A DNA stretch of 64,000 bases, taken from Phoronis australis. Lineage: Eukaryota; Animalia; Phoronida. Of the stretch, positions 11,832-26,100 are shown piece by piece. The DNA is taken from the NCBI GenBank assembly GCA_002633005.1, contig NMRA01000361.1:186001-250000 (forward strand), read 5' to 3'. The position numbers were made by a program, and so were the translations under genes. The notes below the pieces were generated by a model. That model saw only the letters and a list, made by a program, of their open reading frames with translations, had not been told where the DNA came from and made no database searches. Each line of letters starts with the position of its first letter. Within the stretch, counting starts at the first letter, position 1.

Positions 11832-14800
11832 CCTGTGAACACGAGTGTTCAAGTGTTGGATGGAAAAAAGGTCGGCTTGGTGATGTAATCACTCAAAGTT
11901 AAGGTTCGGGTGATCAAGGTTCTCACTTCTTTTCAACTAATTTAAGGTGTATGCAGGTCTCTAGAAAAATATCTTAAACTTGGAACATCATGCCAGGGGT
12001 AATTAGGTTCATATGAAACTTTCAGATGCTGTGCTGTTCTTATAAAACATTGTTCGGAACCCTTTTCAAAATATTCCACTAATGTATTCAGGTCTAAAAA
12101 ATTATAACTGTTTTGATTTTGATGAAAAAAAATTGATTGTTGCATCGAAATGGTATTTCAGAAAACGTGTTTTATCTTGAAGAAGTGAAATTTGATCATA
12201 TTATTGACATTGTTTTGAGCACTATGAAAGTACTTTTCTTTTTTCCTAAATTTTACATCGTCATGTGACCCAAGTAATGGAAGATCGGGAAAAAGTCAAA
12301 AATCAAAATCTACATGCTTTCTACTTTCTGAAAATGTATTCTTTTACTGAGCTAAAAAGTTAGAGTGTTGTAGATGTTTAGCAAAACAAACAGACTTGTC
12401 CGTAAGGTTTTAATGGAATCAATAAGATTTACTGAAGAATGTAAGCGCTTTTACCAGTCTCAGTTATATTTTTGGTGGGTGACAACTTTGTACGTCTCAT
12501 CCGAAATTCATCTACCAATGTTCAAAAATACACGGGGCTTAGATTATTACATGTTCCTGTAGGGGTCGTGTTTTGTTCTGACACTGGAAGTTAGGGAATC
12601 AAGTTTTGGAATTTTGAGGTGCGGCCTCATATCATTTCTACACCCTGATTATCTCACGGTCGAGCACAAATTCGCATGCTCAACTAGACATTTCAATAAA
12701 GATGCACATCATACGATCTACTCTTTTTAGTAGACACTGCTGAGAAACTCTGTATCTGAGAGAGGAGCTGCTGTTGGAACTGCAAGATTTACAAATGTGT
12801 CACTCTTGTATGTCTTGTGAACATTTTTCCTTCATATGGGTTTGATTACTTTATGGGTGTTATTGATTATGACTGACACATTTTAGCAAAGATGATTCAT
12901 GGCAGAGGAAGCAATTATTAGATGGTACAAGTCTGCCCTGTGTTGTGTTCATTTGCAACTGTTTACATGAATTTTCTTCTAAATACATTGCTCATGTGAA
13001 ACTGTGCCTATCATGCTGTGAGTTTTGACTGCTCAGCAGCAGTAATCATTCTTGAGAGTTTTCAAAATCTCGGATAACTGACCCATCCAGCTGTTCCTTT
13101 TCTTTAACCTCCCTTATTCAACACTGCCTTAGGTGTTCAGTCATTAAAACACTGATAGAGGCACTTGACAAGAGTACTTTTTTAAGTGTGGTTACAATCT
13201 TATCTTGTATTTCTGCCTGGTTAAGCTCTCAATCTGTGTCTGAGGACACTGGTAGATTAGAGTGACGACAGGGGAACTTGTGTTGGTAATTGTCCATTTA
13301 GCATTTGTCATTGCTACAGTTCACTCAAGTTCTGACTTGTGCTGTTGGACCTACAAGTAAGGTAGGTTTCATTGTAGTGTAGATTTAGTTTAATATCATA
13401 TGCTAGAATCTCACGAATTTACAAGACGATATAGCAGACTGGTGAATCTTTTATTTTCGTAAATGATATACATTACCATAACAATGCTGCCACATCCAGT
13501 TATTTCTGTCTGAATTGGCAAGATGTTACTGTAGTCTCTTAGGTTTTTACCACCCTTTGTGTTATGTTTTGAGCATTGCTACTATATCATAAAGATGCTG
13601 AAAAAAGCTTAAATCGTTTAATGCAAAATCAGTTGCAGAATATTGCTGCCGTGAGTGATGGAGTGAAAGGATTATAACTGTATTCATAAGATTTATCTAA
13701 ATTAACACAAATTCTGTACATGTGAAATATCAAAAGTGTGGATAATTTTGCATGGTAGTTGTGGTAGGTGATTGCATTCTGTTTCTTCAGTAATTAACAT
13801 CTGTTTCTAATCTGTTTAGTGGTTAGTAATTGGGAGGCATTGTCCTTTTTCATACCAACACCATGCTAGAGGGGCATCATTTTAAAGTGGACCTGTCAAC
13901 ATTAGTATGAAAGACTTTCCTGCTGTGATTGAGGCGATGTAGTGCCCATGACTTACTGCAAGTGAATATTAAGATAATTGTCATACCAGGGTTTACCAGC
14001 ACAGGCTGCTAGACACCTAGCCTATCTGTAAATTCAATCTTTGCAGACATGTGACGTCAGGTAGAAACGCTAGTTAACTTCGCAATAAACAGCTGGATTT
14101 AACAGCAAAGCTTCGATACTGCGATACGCTTTTAACAGTCAACTTCGGTGTCATTGGAGTTATCAATAGGTCATGCATTCAATAGCTGTACGTGTTGTAT
14201 TATCTGATAATATTTTTCAAAGATTTAACACTACACCTAAAAGCACTTCATTTCATTATTACCTGATACCCTTCAAGTATAAAAAATATGCCTGCATAAT
14301 ATTTTCGGAGCACCATCTTGTGATAACTCCAATGACCCACACAACTTCATTGTCTGCTGACTAACGAAGACGTCCTGAAAGATCCGTGTTATCTTCGTAA
14401 TTTACATCAACGCTCCTGTTGTGGCGTTATTAAATGACTGATTTCTATAATTTAGGTCTGTCATTATCTGTGATGGTCACGTGAACGGAACAGAGGGCGA
14501 TTATTGTAATCTGAGCATGTTTCGTAACAACAATGAAGGTAGAATGGAATTTCTTTGTGAATTTCCATTTGACAAATCTCTGAAACGGCAGTTATCTTCT
14601 GTGGGAACTACTAGTACTGCCCTAGCCAGGTGTTATGTAGTACCACACACGTTGTGGGTAGAAAGTGCACATTTCTTGTTGCCCTTTGAGTGGGATTGGA
14701 CTGATACAAATTTGTAAACTATTGTGAATAGATGGAGTGTGATATAACTCTCCTGCCTTGAAAAATATCAACTTGGCTTTGGTTGGTTATTCTTTATTGT

Positions 14801-17800
14801 TGGGGTGAATGGTAGGTAAACAGTGTTGGTTATGCAATTTTGTTTAGGATGATATCTTTATCATGATATTTTATTCAATGTTAAGAAAAGCACAGACTGG
14901 ATAACAACTGCCCTAGGGACGTTGAATTGTAAAATTGTGTCTTCTCAGGTGATAGGTGTGAAATTAAAAACCTTAGCAAATCTGAATCTGTTTTTTCACA
15001 TCAAGATTCCTGATTCAGAGGAAAAAGGTGTTACAGTTTGAAATGCTCTATGTCATCTTCATGTATTTATAGTTTGAAGACTTTGAAGTGTAGTAATGCC
15101 CATATTGGGCAAATCATTCTGTTTATTTTTAATAATTACCCAAGTCTTAGAATCAGCCTGCAACAAGCTTATTTCACATGATTTGTCTGTGGCTGGATGA
15201 ACTAAGAGTGTCATTATTTATCTAACAGCTGATCATCAATAGGTAGTGTTGACTTAGCTTAGGATTCAATCCCCAAACATTATTCTACCTGGCTATACTG
15301 TTGTTTCAATGTTTATATAGGACCAGCTAGTGATAGTAGGCTTCTGTGTGTGAATTGATGGTTTGATGGGTGTTCCATGTCCCTCCTTCAGTTGGCTGGT
15401 GCTAGCATTCCTGGGCTGTTTTTCTACATGGTCAATACTGGTTATTCCACTGAACAGTGAACTCGGGGACAATGGAACAGTAAGGCAGAAGAGGTCTACA
15501 TTGGCAATGTGTGATTTGATTGATTTAATCCATTTGAATCCTTTTGTGTTATCCGGGTCCCAACGAACAGCATTTGCAGTCTGTTCGCAAGCCATGCAAG
15601 ACTGACAACTCGTAGGCCTTGCGGCTGTTATTGTCATCTTTGAGTATAATAAATGAGAACATAATGAATAAATATTCATTTCACATTAATGAAAGCAATG
15701 TTTAGTTAAACATTTTGACATTATACGTAGATAGTGTTGAATTAGCAACAGCAACTTATCCATATGTGGGTATAATTTAACAAATTTGTTTTTAGATAGA
15801 TACATTTGTTCCCTCATGTTTTGATAACGCAGCATTTAGTTGATGCTAAATGTGTTGCTTGTGAAAATTTCATTCAAGGTAAATCATACAGTTTGGTTTT
15901 GTGTTGACTTCATAATGAGTATATGCTAGAATTAAGAATGGTTCTCTCCACATTTACCAGGTGGTGCTTACGAATAAAGTTTCCTCTTTTGACATCTGAA
16001 GAGATTGAGAGCAGAAAGCTGGGCTTTGGCCCATGGAAGCAAGACACTTGCAGGTACAGCTAGTGTGATTGCATGCTAGTGTGATCACATGGCGGTATCC
16101 CATGAAGACATTCATTATCTTGCAGCATAGCTCATCACATGGGGGGCATTAGAATGATAAGGGACCCCCATAATAACTTGAATGCAGGCATTTTTCTTCA
16201 GGAAGGACACTTACTTCAGTAGCGACACCTTGTGAATTTCAAGTTCCCTTGGTTTATAGCTTTATATCCTGTTTACACTGAAGTTCGGAATTGATTTAAT
16301 CTTCAAGAATCAATTTTTCCGGTTTACTCGGCACTACACGAGAGTCCTAATCAGTTTAACGCCATCTGCTGGATGAATCCCATTCACGATCTCTTTTCAC
16401 CTTCACGTCAAGAACTTCCTTTTATTAATGGTGGGTGATTGAATTCTTGATTTCGTGACATTTACTTATCATTTTTTATTCGTGGTGGAAGCCCATGATA
16501 ACAACTGGGTGATAGAAAGGAAGGCTAAGGTTTTGTGGCATACCGTAGTCGAACAACAGTAGACAGAGGAGTAGATCTACGGGTGTGCAAGCATGTGTTG
16601 CTATTCATTCTTAACCCACAAGTGGATTCCGGTTGAATTGAGTTAAAACTAAACTGTTTACTTTCATTATCACATGTCCTTAATTCTTAAATCAATTTGC
16701 ACCCCAAAGAGATTTAGAAGTGGGTTTAAAATCATGAAATCTTCAATGTAAACGGGTGGAGAGGGAGGAACTTTTGTCCTTAAGCGGTTAGAACTGAAAG
16801 ATGATGGAGGTTTTGTGTTCTGTCAGGTAAAGTATAACTTGTAGGAATGGTCAGGTGTCTTGTCCAGGAGGTCCTATTGTTTTGTAACAATGATTGACCA
16901 CCACTCTCCATAGCTTAGCTATTGTTAGCCAACTCTGAATATGGTAACAGGCCAAACATTCTGTCCTGTTCCCCTATGTTGAGTGTACTAGTAGGCTTGG
17001 CCTGTCTGATGTTAGTAGGTGAGATATAGAACAGCTGGTTTATGAATGATGAGTCACTTCATTGTTATCTCAGGTGCAGTTTGTCTGAAGTAGCATTTTG
17101 GATTTATCACTTTTTCTAATTTCAGCCTCTCACCAGTAGTGTTCTTGCCAATTCAACTGGTGGGTCTTATTTGTGTCCTGTCTACATTGTTTTCTTTCTG
17201 AAAACCCTGAAAGCTTTAGGCTGTTTACATTGATCGTCCATATTATTTAGTCTTTTCACTGTTCGGGTTACTGTTCAAGAACAGTTCTGAACAATTCTCA
17301 ACTGGCAAAAGTGTTCAGATGAGAGTTCTGGTTAGAATGTTTTAGAGAAAAAGTATTTAGAAAACATGGTATATGTGACATGTACATTTGGTTGGTTATG
17401 TTTCTTTTGAAGCTGCATTTGGCCATGTTTTGATGTCACCTTAAAGATATTAGAGTTCTGAACCAATGACCCTAAGCTAATTGTTGATCAGTGATGTGCT
17501 CACAGGATATGGACATGGGGGATCACACGGGTGACCTTTTTGAATGAAATCCTTACGTGCCATTTTCGAATTTCAGGGTTGGCCAACACCAATAAAATTG
17601 CCGATTTTCAGACAGGTTTGTACTTTCTTTGTGGTAGCAATGTCGTAAGGAAATTTTTGAGACCCGTTATATCAATAATAGTGAAAAGAACTATGATTTG
17701 ATTTCTAATTTTAGTCAACCAAACAGCTTAAGAAACAATAATGGTTGAGCTCAGTAGTATGGTATTGTGTTGTTTTGGAAATGAGGGCTGAAACTGTAGG

Positions 17801-20800
17801 CCTTCTGGTGGCATTCAAAAGCTGAGCATTCAACCCCTATAATATACACTGCCCTATAGACCTGCCTTCATTCACCTCTACTGGTGATGTCAGGTAAGTA
17901 ATGACATCACTGCACATTATGGGGTCATCACCTCGGACAAGGATGAGTTGACCTGTCATTCATCTCATGCTTGATTGACTTGTTTTGATCAGCTGTGTCA
18001 TTATGGTGGTATATAGTTTCATTGACTTGTGGCTGAACCAGTTATAATAACTGCTGTGGAGAAGCTGGGATATCTCCTTTGCAGTGGGAGGTCTAAAATC
18101 ATATGGTGTACCAGTGGATTTCAGATTTCTTTCTTCTTAAATGATGTGATTTTTGTCTGTGTGGATGAGCTTCGTGGTAAGACTGAATAGTCCTCGGGAG
18201 AAAGAATGGAAACAAGAGATTTGATTTTTGCGTTGAGAATATGTTCTTCAATTTAACACACGTGATGGACAAGAAGAATTTTATCTTGATCAAATTTGTT
18301 GTCTAGCCTTATCATTAAACAAAACTTAAATAAAAAATGTAATATTTTATCGATGTAGTCAGCATCAAAACAAAAATGGAAATTCCAATTTGGCAGTTAT
18401 TGTTATGTGAAAGGCAAATAGCTCACCATATTCGTTGTTGGCCATCAACAAGGTTTGTTATTGTATACCGTACTTTTTCACATGTCCAGTATGTGAGAGT
18501 ACTTGCCATTGGCTCAGTCCACTGCGTCTTTAGTTCCCCACTTTAAGCGCCCTGGGTGTTGACCCGATCGAATCTGGAATGTTTTCATCTAGGTGTAGCT
18601 TTTACACTGCGTTGTTCACATTTTGACCTCCAAGTCTTTATTGTCCTGATTTAAATGTCATTATTGCATTGGTTAACTTGAAGATACCAGTCACATTTTT
18701 TGAAACAAATTGCTTACTTCACTCTGTGTGCTCTTACATCACGTTTATCATATTGTTTAATACTGTGACCTAATTTATTATTAGGAGTGTGGCCGATTAA
18801 CTAATTATGATATACACATGTATCTGTTTTGTCATGCCTATCACTATATGCTAAAAATTGTCTTCAAATGTAGTCTCTACATATTTCCAAAAAGTTATTT
18901 TTAGAAATGTGGAGCAGTGCATGGTTACCAGTTGTATACTCAGAATGTTTAAAAAGGTAGGTGACAATGATATCGGCCCATGCAATCAGGCCATAGTGCC
19001 CATTGTTAATTTACAATTGATTCTCCAAACTGTTTGGCGCACTTTCAAGTATGGAAATTGCAGCAATTTCAAGTGTTGTTTGCAGTCATCACCGGGGACA
19101 TGGTATTCCAGTAGCATCCTCTGAGGTGCATTAAAAATGGTTGTGTAATTGAAAGTAGCACTTACAGAGTCTATAATCAACATAGACTCTTGTTCTATGC
19201 GATAACTAATTCATTTTTCCAAAAGAATCTGCCTTTTCTCGAATTGTAAGAGCCAAATCTCAGCTTTGTTGACTTCCGAAAGGTGAAGTAGTACTTGCCA
19301 CTTTCATGATGTGGTTTTGTTACTGACCTGTAGTTTTCCAATCTCAAATCACCCATTTAAAAATCTGCAATGCCTATCAAGTCTTTTTATTTCATGTAAA
19401 ACTAATTCTCAAATATATATAAAACAAAAAGTCAATATTTTTTTCTTGTGAAATTTGCACTGCATTATTTCTGTGCATCTATACCTTATTCGGGTAGGAC
19501 TTACAACACTGCAGAATTTCTTCAAGGGGATATTTTTCAATCATCTTAGTTACAAAATTTGGACAGCATACGAAAGGAGCGAGTTTGCACTTACCGATAG
19601 ATTTATCTAACTTTCATCTTCAATGACATTGATGACATTCCTATAGCAGGTCAGTCCTAGAAAAGTCGAAAGTATTTTTTTCAACAAGTATTTTTTCCTG
19701 TTTCAAGTTGAATACTTAGCTTTTCGAATGCACATGTCGGTTAGAGAGCACTGATTCGTATTTCACACCAGCAACGTGCCTTGTGACAAATTGATTGAAC
19801 TTGAAACTGCTGAAGGCCTATGTTTTTCATCTTTTCATTTTGGTCCTGACACATGTAATTTAGATAATCTTTGTATGAAACATCATAAGTAACAAAGTAT
19901 ACTGTACAATATGACTGAATTGATCCTGCCGAGTGTTTCTTGAAGTGAGGGTATCTGTTTTGCCTGAGGCAATGCTTGTAGTTTATCTCAAAGCTCTTTC
20001 TCAACTCTCTGTTGGCACTTCTCTGTTGGTTGACAAATGAATTAGATTTGGTATCCCAATGTCAATGTTATCTTTCACTGGCTTCTTGGTGAAATTTGTT
20101 ATTAGGGTAAGTTGAGCATTTATTTGTAGTATTATTAGTCTTGAGGTGGGGGGAGACTGTGGTGGTTTCCCCAGTGCTTGGCTGAGTGCCTATCCTCGAA
20201 TTTAAAATTTTTTCAATTACCCGGTAAGCTCTTACTGGTCAGACTAGCACCCGCCCATAATTTACTAAATACCAATTGGGTTTTGAAAACAGCAAGACAC
20301 ATTTTTAAGTGGGGAAACTTGATCGATTTTGAGTTTTTCTGTAGTTTGCAGTCGTCGCAGGGGACATTGAATTCTCTTAGCGTCTTCTCCAGTCTATTGA
20401 AAATGTCCTCTAGATGAAATTGACAGTCATCATTGGTTTGTGAGAACTGTTCTATTTTTGCTCAAACAGTGAGAATATCAGCAATCAAAGTGAAAATTTG
20501 AGAATGTATTTACAGATAGTTGATGTTTGATAGTTAATAGCAACCCAAGACACATTTTTCTGTCAGTCATGGATTAATATAAACACAAGTGTTCATTTTT
20601 TGCAAACATACCCAAGCGCTAAAAAACTAAGCTGCCAAAAGCATTGAAAATGAAATTGTCTGAAAATGGCCAATTATGATGTTAATCTGTTCAGGTGACA
20701 CGTGATAAAACCTGACGTGGGTTCATGTTTGGCAGCCTTATCTCCATTGTGCAAATGAAAGTTAAAAATCTGAAGCAAGGTTGCCTTGGCCATAGACCAT

Positions 20801-21827
20801 AAAATAACTAGAACTTCGTCCAAATTCACTTGCGCAGTATAGAGAAATCAATGTTCAAAACTGCTGAAAGCATCGAAAATCGAAAGGCCTGAAATTAGCT
20901 GGTGGAGATTTACAATGTAATTGAAATCAGTAGAAGCCATCTCAAGTAGCTTGTATATTTGACGCATAAATGGCACATTTTAATAAAATTTATTGACAAC
21001 AGCGGAAATATATAAGTTTTTTACAATGTGTTAATCTCTTGCAATTTTAGAGAAAACATCCCTGGAAGGTTGACAATTACCTTAAATTAATCATGGGACT
21101 GTCTATTGAATTGAGACATGAATTTTATCCTTCTCCATAATCATTAGTAGATACTATTGTGCCTCACACCAGGGTGGGTAGTTGTCATGTATTGAAATGG
21201 TCTGGGCTGACAATGGAGACAGACAGTCCCTGTGTCAGTATTATATAATGCCATTAGACTACTGTAAGCTGCAGGTCATGATCAGTGTGGAACTGATTTA
21301 CTTGGCATAGAAAACACTTAATCTTCCTAATCTGGAGTTTGAGGAGATAAGCTTCTGGTTTTGTATGACTCATACTCATGCAATATTTAGTTCATAGCTG
21401 ACTTCCCTTGCAAACGAAATTGACTATTCTGTGTGGATGTATCTCTACTTATATGTTGTGGATGTAAGCCTCCTGGCAGCTGAGTTGTGAGTCTTCCCTT
21501 CAAGTCTCAGCAATGGGGGGTAGGTAGATTGTATGCTGGTCAGTAGGGTATGGATAGCATGTTTGTACTCTGCCACTCATGTAAGGGAGTGACATCTTGC
21601 ATGCAATTCTGTGCAATATTATACAAGTCCAGGCATCAAGTAAAAGTGCCAAATTTGGAGGGGTCAGTGTGCAGTTTCAGTGCCTTGTCAATTTGTGGTT
21701 CAGCCTGTGAGTGTGTCTTAGACCTGGATATGTTGATTCAGTAAGAGATGGTAATTGTGGTACATTAGATTTCAAATTTGATTGTTTTATGTCTTGTGCG
21801 GACGATTTGCGTATGTTGTAAAGCCAT

Positions 21828-22090
21828 GCAGAGCCTCGATTTGGCGATTTGGCGACTCGCAAGTCATCAATGCACCCTCAGATTTTGTCTGGTGACCTGA
21901 TAAAAATTCAGGTTGCCACGAAGTCGCCACAAAGCATCCGAGCTCATAATCGGAATATCGCAGGAAGTGAACAAATGGCAAGAACAATCATTCAGGTAAA
22001 GAAAGAAAAAGAATTCTGTCTGAATGATCTCAGGTGTGCCAGCTTTTCACTTGGGGTTTGGCGACCTCAGTTCTCGTTAACCAGTCTGAA
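21828..22090 (+). mobile_element. MITE-like repeat family D (second copy from ~50808)
   Basis: CAGAGCCTCGATTTGGCGA...CCTCAGATTTTGTCTGGTGACCTGATAAAAATT...GGTTGCCA versus CAGGGCTTGATTTGGTGA...CCTCAGATTTTGTTTGGTAACTTGGTAAAAATT...GGTTGCCA. Confidence 0.5.
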
Positions 22091-23160
22091 AATTTTTGTC
22101 ATGTCTCTTTGATAAGATGACGGATATACCAAGCATTAAGCACTGGAAACAATAATTTTTTGTATCAATCACGTCAGAATTTCTGTTTGAGGTTTGTAAA
22201 TTTATCGCTTGATAACTCGATCTTTCGCATAACTTCTGTCTGTGTTATCAGAGAGTAAATTGTTGTTGTGTCAGATCAGTTCTTTGAAGAAGAGCAGATC
22301 TATGCTATTATTTTTTAATTGTATCAGAACAGTGACTGGTACGAAATCTTGTTTTCGATACGCTTTGTTAACACTGGACATTTTTCTGTGTGCAGGTGGA
22401 TTTCATTGTCTTGAAGTCTCTAGTACCCTGGCCACTGAGCAAGGTCACAACTTGAGCAGCCAGAGTTGGATATTGATTTTTTGTACTTGAATATACCCAG
22501 ACTTGTTATCATAACTGTACACTTATCAGTCCTAAAGAGGCAGTAAAACAGATTAGTAAGCAGTTCTCTTGTTTGTTAGATTATTTCTGACTCACTGACA
22601 TCTGTCTTCCGCTCAGTTCAGTTCATTGTTATTGTCAGTAACCTGGTAGTATTCTTGTTTGTCAACGAATTGTGATAGGGTTTTGTCATGAGAAGAAAGT
22701 TGTATTAGACTTTTTTTGCTCTCCTTTCTGGTGCAAACTAGTTTTAAAAATAACATGAAAATTAATTTTTTTCATTTAACAACTGATATGAGATACAGTC
22801 ATGACTGGCATATTTTTAAGACTGAATAAAAAAGGAATAAATCCAACCTTCAGGTAGTTGATCAGGACTGTAATATTGATTGTGTGACCTGCCTTATAGG
22901 TTACGGGTACCTAGGACCAATATATGTATATTGTTCCCAGCCGGTACATATCTAAGTGATGGTTGTGTCAGTTCCCAATTTCGGCCAAATACCCACATAC
23001 CTGAATGTACAGTATGTGATAAATGCATGAGGAAGTTTTCATAATCTTATGGAGATTACTACATGTGGATCTTGGTTACAGTTGTCACTGTTGTCAAACT
23101 TTACACTGATTACACTTTTTCTTGTTTCAGGGTTGGTAGATAGTGCACACGTCTGCCGCT

Positions 23161-26100
23161 ATGCATTCCAGGAAACAGAGTCGGGTTCACCCGGCACCAA
23201 AGAGTAATCAAAACAAATCAGCAGGAAAGGCAGACTCAGGACCACAACATTCCACCCCACGCAAGGCTGAAAACAAGCATGTGACAAATCTGACAAAACT
23301 GAATAAATCGTACATGAGCAAGAGTCATGATAACTTGGCGAGTACTCTGAGGAGGAAGGCTGTGCAGGCCAACTTATCTAATGGCTCAAGGCCCAGTTCT
23401 GTAGTCGGAGTACCCAAGATTGACTGTTGGCGCACTCCTGGTAAAGACGGTGCTAAAGACAGACCAGTGTCGGCGCGCAACAAAAATCTCAGACCCCCAC
23501 CCCCGGGCCAGCTGAGGAAAGCTCAGAGTACTCAGAACATTGATCGGTCGGGCAGTCCTATTAAAAGGGCCACCAGTACTCAAAGTATTGAGAAGTCAGG
23601 TAGTCCCATCAAGAGAGCTGCTAGCACCCAGAACATCAGCTCCCCTATCAAGAAAGCAGCTAGCATCCACTCGCTCAGTAAAACTCAAGCATCACCAATG
23701 AGAAAAACGTCCATTCCTTCCACTACAACCACCTCTTCCAATTCTGCTCCTTTGACGAAATCGACGAGCATTCAAAACCTCAGCAAAACCCATCAGTCTG
23801 TGATCCGTAGGGCGGCTAGTACACAGAACGTGTCGCCACAAGATCGTGGTGCGCGGAACCGTGTCTCTGCGCCAGTCAATGTTATGGCTTACAATGCTGA
23901 GTTACTGGCGAGTTTTGAGAAGGAGAAGAAGTCTATGGACCGACGTATGTCTGAGCTGGTACAGTTGACCGAGACAAGGAAAGCGGAAATTGAAAAATAC
24001 AAAATTGAAATCCGAAACTTAAGGCAGAAAACACCACCTTTGGAGGTTGTGGAAAAATTAGAAGTTCTGGAGCAGGAGAACAGGTGTTTGAAGGACCGTC
24101 TGAGTGAACTTGGTATTTCCACTGAGCACATAACGGACAGTGAAAAGTTGAAAATTCTTCAGAATCATGATGACATTGCAGAGGAGCAGACGTCATCAGA
24201 CGTTCCTGAGTCTGAGGGCATTGAGCAGTTGTCGAGCACACAAAAGACAGGTTTTGACCTTGCGTCTGGGGATGCGCCACGCCCTACGATATCCTTGGAA
24301 GATCTATCTATATGTACACCAGATCACCCGTCACTTTTCTCGCTAGACGCCAGCACTGGGTGGGACCATCAGAGTAATAAGAGTAGTGACGCCATGAGCG
24401 AAGTGTCTGTAGCCTGCCTTCAGGACCGTATCCTACAGATGGAGGAGACTCACTATAGCACCAGTGAGGAGCTGCAGGCCACTCTACAGGAATTAACCGA
24501 CCTGCAGTCTATGGTCAACGAACTCACAGGTAATTGGTCACATCTTTGAGTGAATTGTTGGTCATTTTCTATTGTTACAGAAGGTGCTGTAACTATAAAT
24601 TGGCTAACATATAGTTGTTGTTTTTTTGTCGGGTTCTGAACAAATTGTTTTCCTACTTTTTTATCTTGAAAGAATGCACTGGTAAATTATTTATCATCAT
24701 GTCTGCTGATTGATGGCCAAGGTTCGCTTAGATTGTTATCAGTATTTGACCTCTTATATGCTTTAGGGCTGTTCCAGTAAAATCTGTATGGGAGGGGGGG
24801 AAGGCACCTTTTTTTCGCACCCACCACCCATATTTTTCATTTATTTCTTCAGCCTACCACCCGTAATTTTTTATAAGTTTGAAATGCAACNGGAGGAGCG
24901 AGAGGAGCTACTGCTCAAGCAGACGGAGTTCTCCAACGTTCTCGGCTCACTGCAGCAGGAACACAAGGAACAACAAGACGTGGTGAAGACACTGAGGGAG
25001 AATGGGAACGTGAACCAAACGAAGATCAGTTCACTGACAATGGAGAAACACAACCTGATGGAGCAGCTGTTTGAGCTGAAGGAGAGGATGTCTGAGGAGG
25101 AGATGGAGCTGAACCGCTACAAGACCTTGTTGGAGAATGAGAAGTCAAAGGTCGCCGAGTTGGAGCAGTACCGCAAGGCAGCAGACAACTCGGAGCTAGA
25201 GAAGCTGTTTGATAATGCGCGACAGGACAAGGATAAGGCAGAGGAGAGACTGGCCAACGTGCAGGACACGCTGGCACACAGTGAGAAAGAAATAACCAAG
25301 CTGAAGAACCAGGTGAGGCAATACCCATCAGTTCTTAATAGTGCAAGAGCAGTAATATTATAGGTAGATTTCACATTTCGCTTAATTTACAGGTAAAGCT
25401 TTTATTGAAAAGTTTAACTTTCTCATTCATAGTATTGAATGGAACTTAATACGTTAGGGTAATAAACTACAGTTGCCTGTGAAACAACAAATTGTTACCT
25501 ACCCAAAAGGTCTACATGCTCGTGACCATCACGTTTGGGTAAAGATTTCATACAATTTCAGACTATTCTGATTTCATGCTGTAATCTATCAATCTAACGT
25601 TTGATGATTTTTCATACAATGTCTGAGGTTTTTGCTCACCTTGCCTGATTCGATACAGGTGAGCAAGATGGAGGAAGAGCTGAAGGCAACACGGAACACG
25701 TCTAAGTCAACAACGAGCGACTTGCACTACCAGATAGAAGAGTTGGAGCGCGAGAAGGGTGAGTGGCAACAGGAGGCAGATGCGCTGCGCGACCACATCG
25801 ACACACTGGAGAAGGACTGTGACAGATACTTGGAGGAGATCAAGTCATATAAGATCTCAGTGCAGAGAGCCCAGGGAGATGTCAAGGTAGGACTAAACCT
25901 CAAGAAGTTTGCTCCCCCCAGTCACCATCAGTAGCACCCCCACCTCTGTTTTCAGCCTTCGGGCTCTGCCAAATTAGCCAACACTGACATTTTTTAACAG
26001 TTAGTCTGAACTCCGAATTGAAAAATTGCAATTTCACGCAAATAACGAACTTTATCAGAAGTAATAATTCAGTATCTTTACAGATAAAAACTAAATGACA

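Noticed and set aside
11646-11888. ORF with RTRYM x4 repeat
   Set aside because: The peptide repeat is just the translation of a 15-bp tandem repeat; there is no other coding signal.
23386-25374. Several minus-strand ORFs over the cytospin exons
   Set aside because: They are antisense shadows of long coding exons with no independent motifs.
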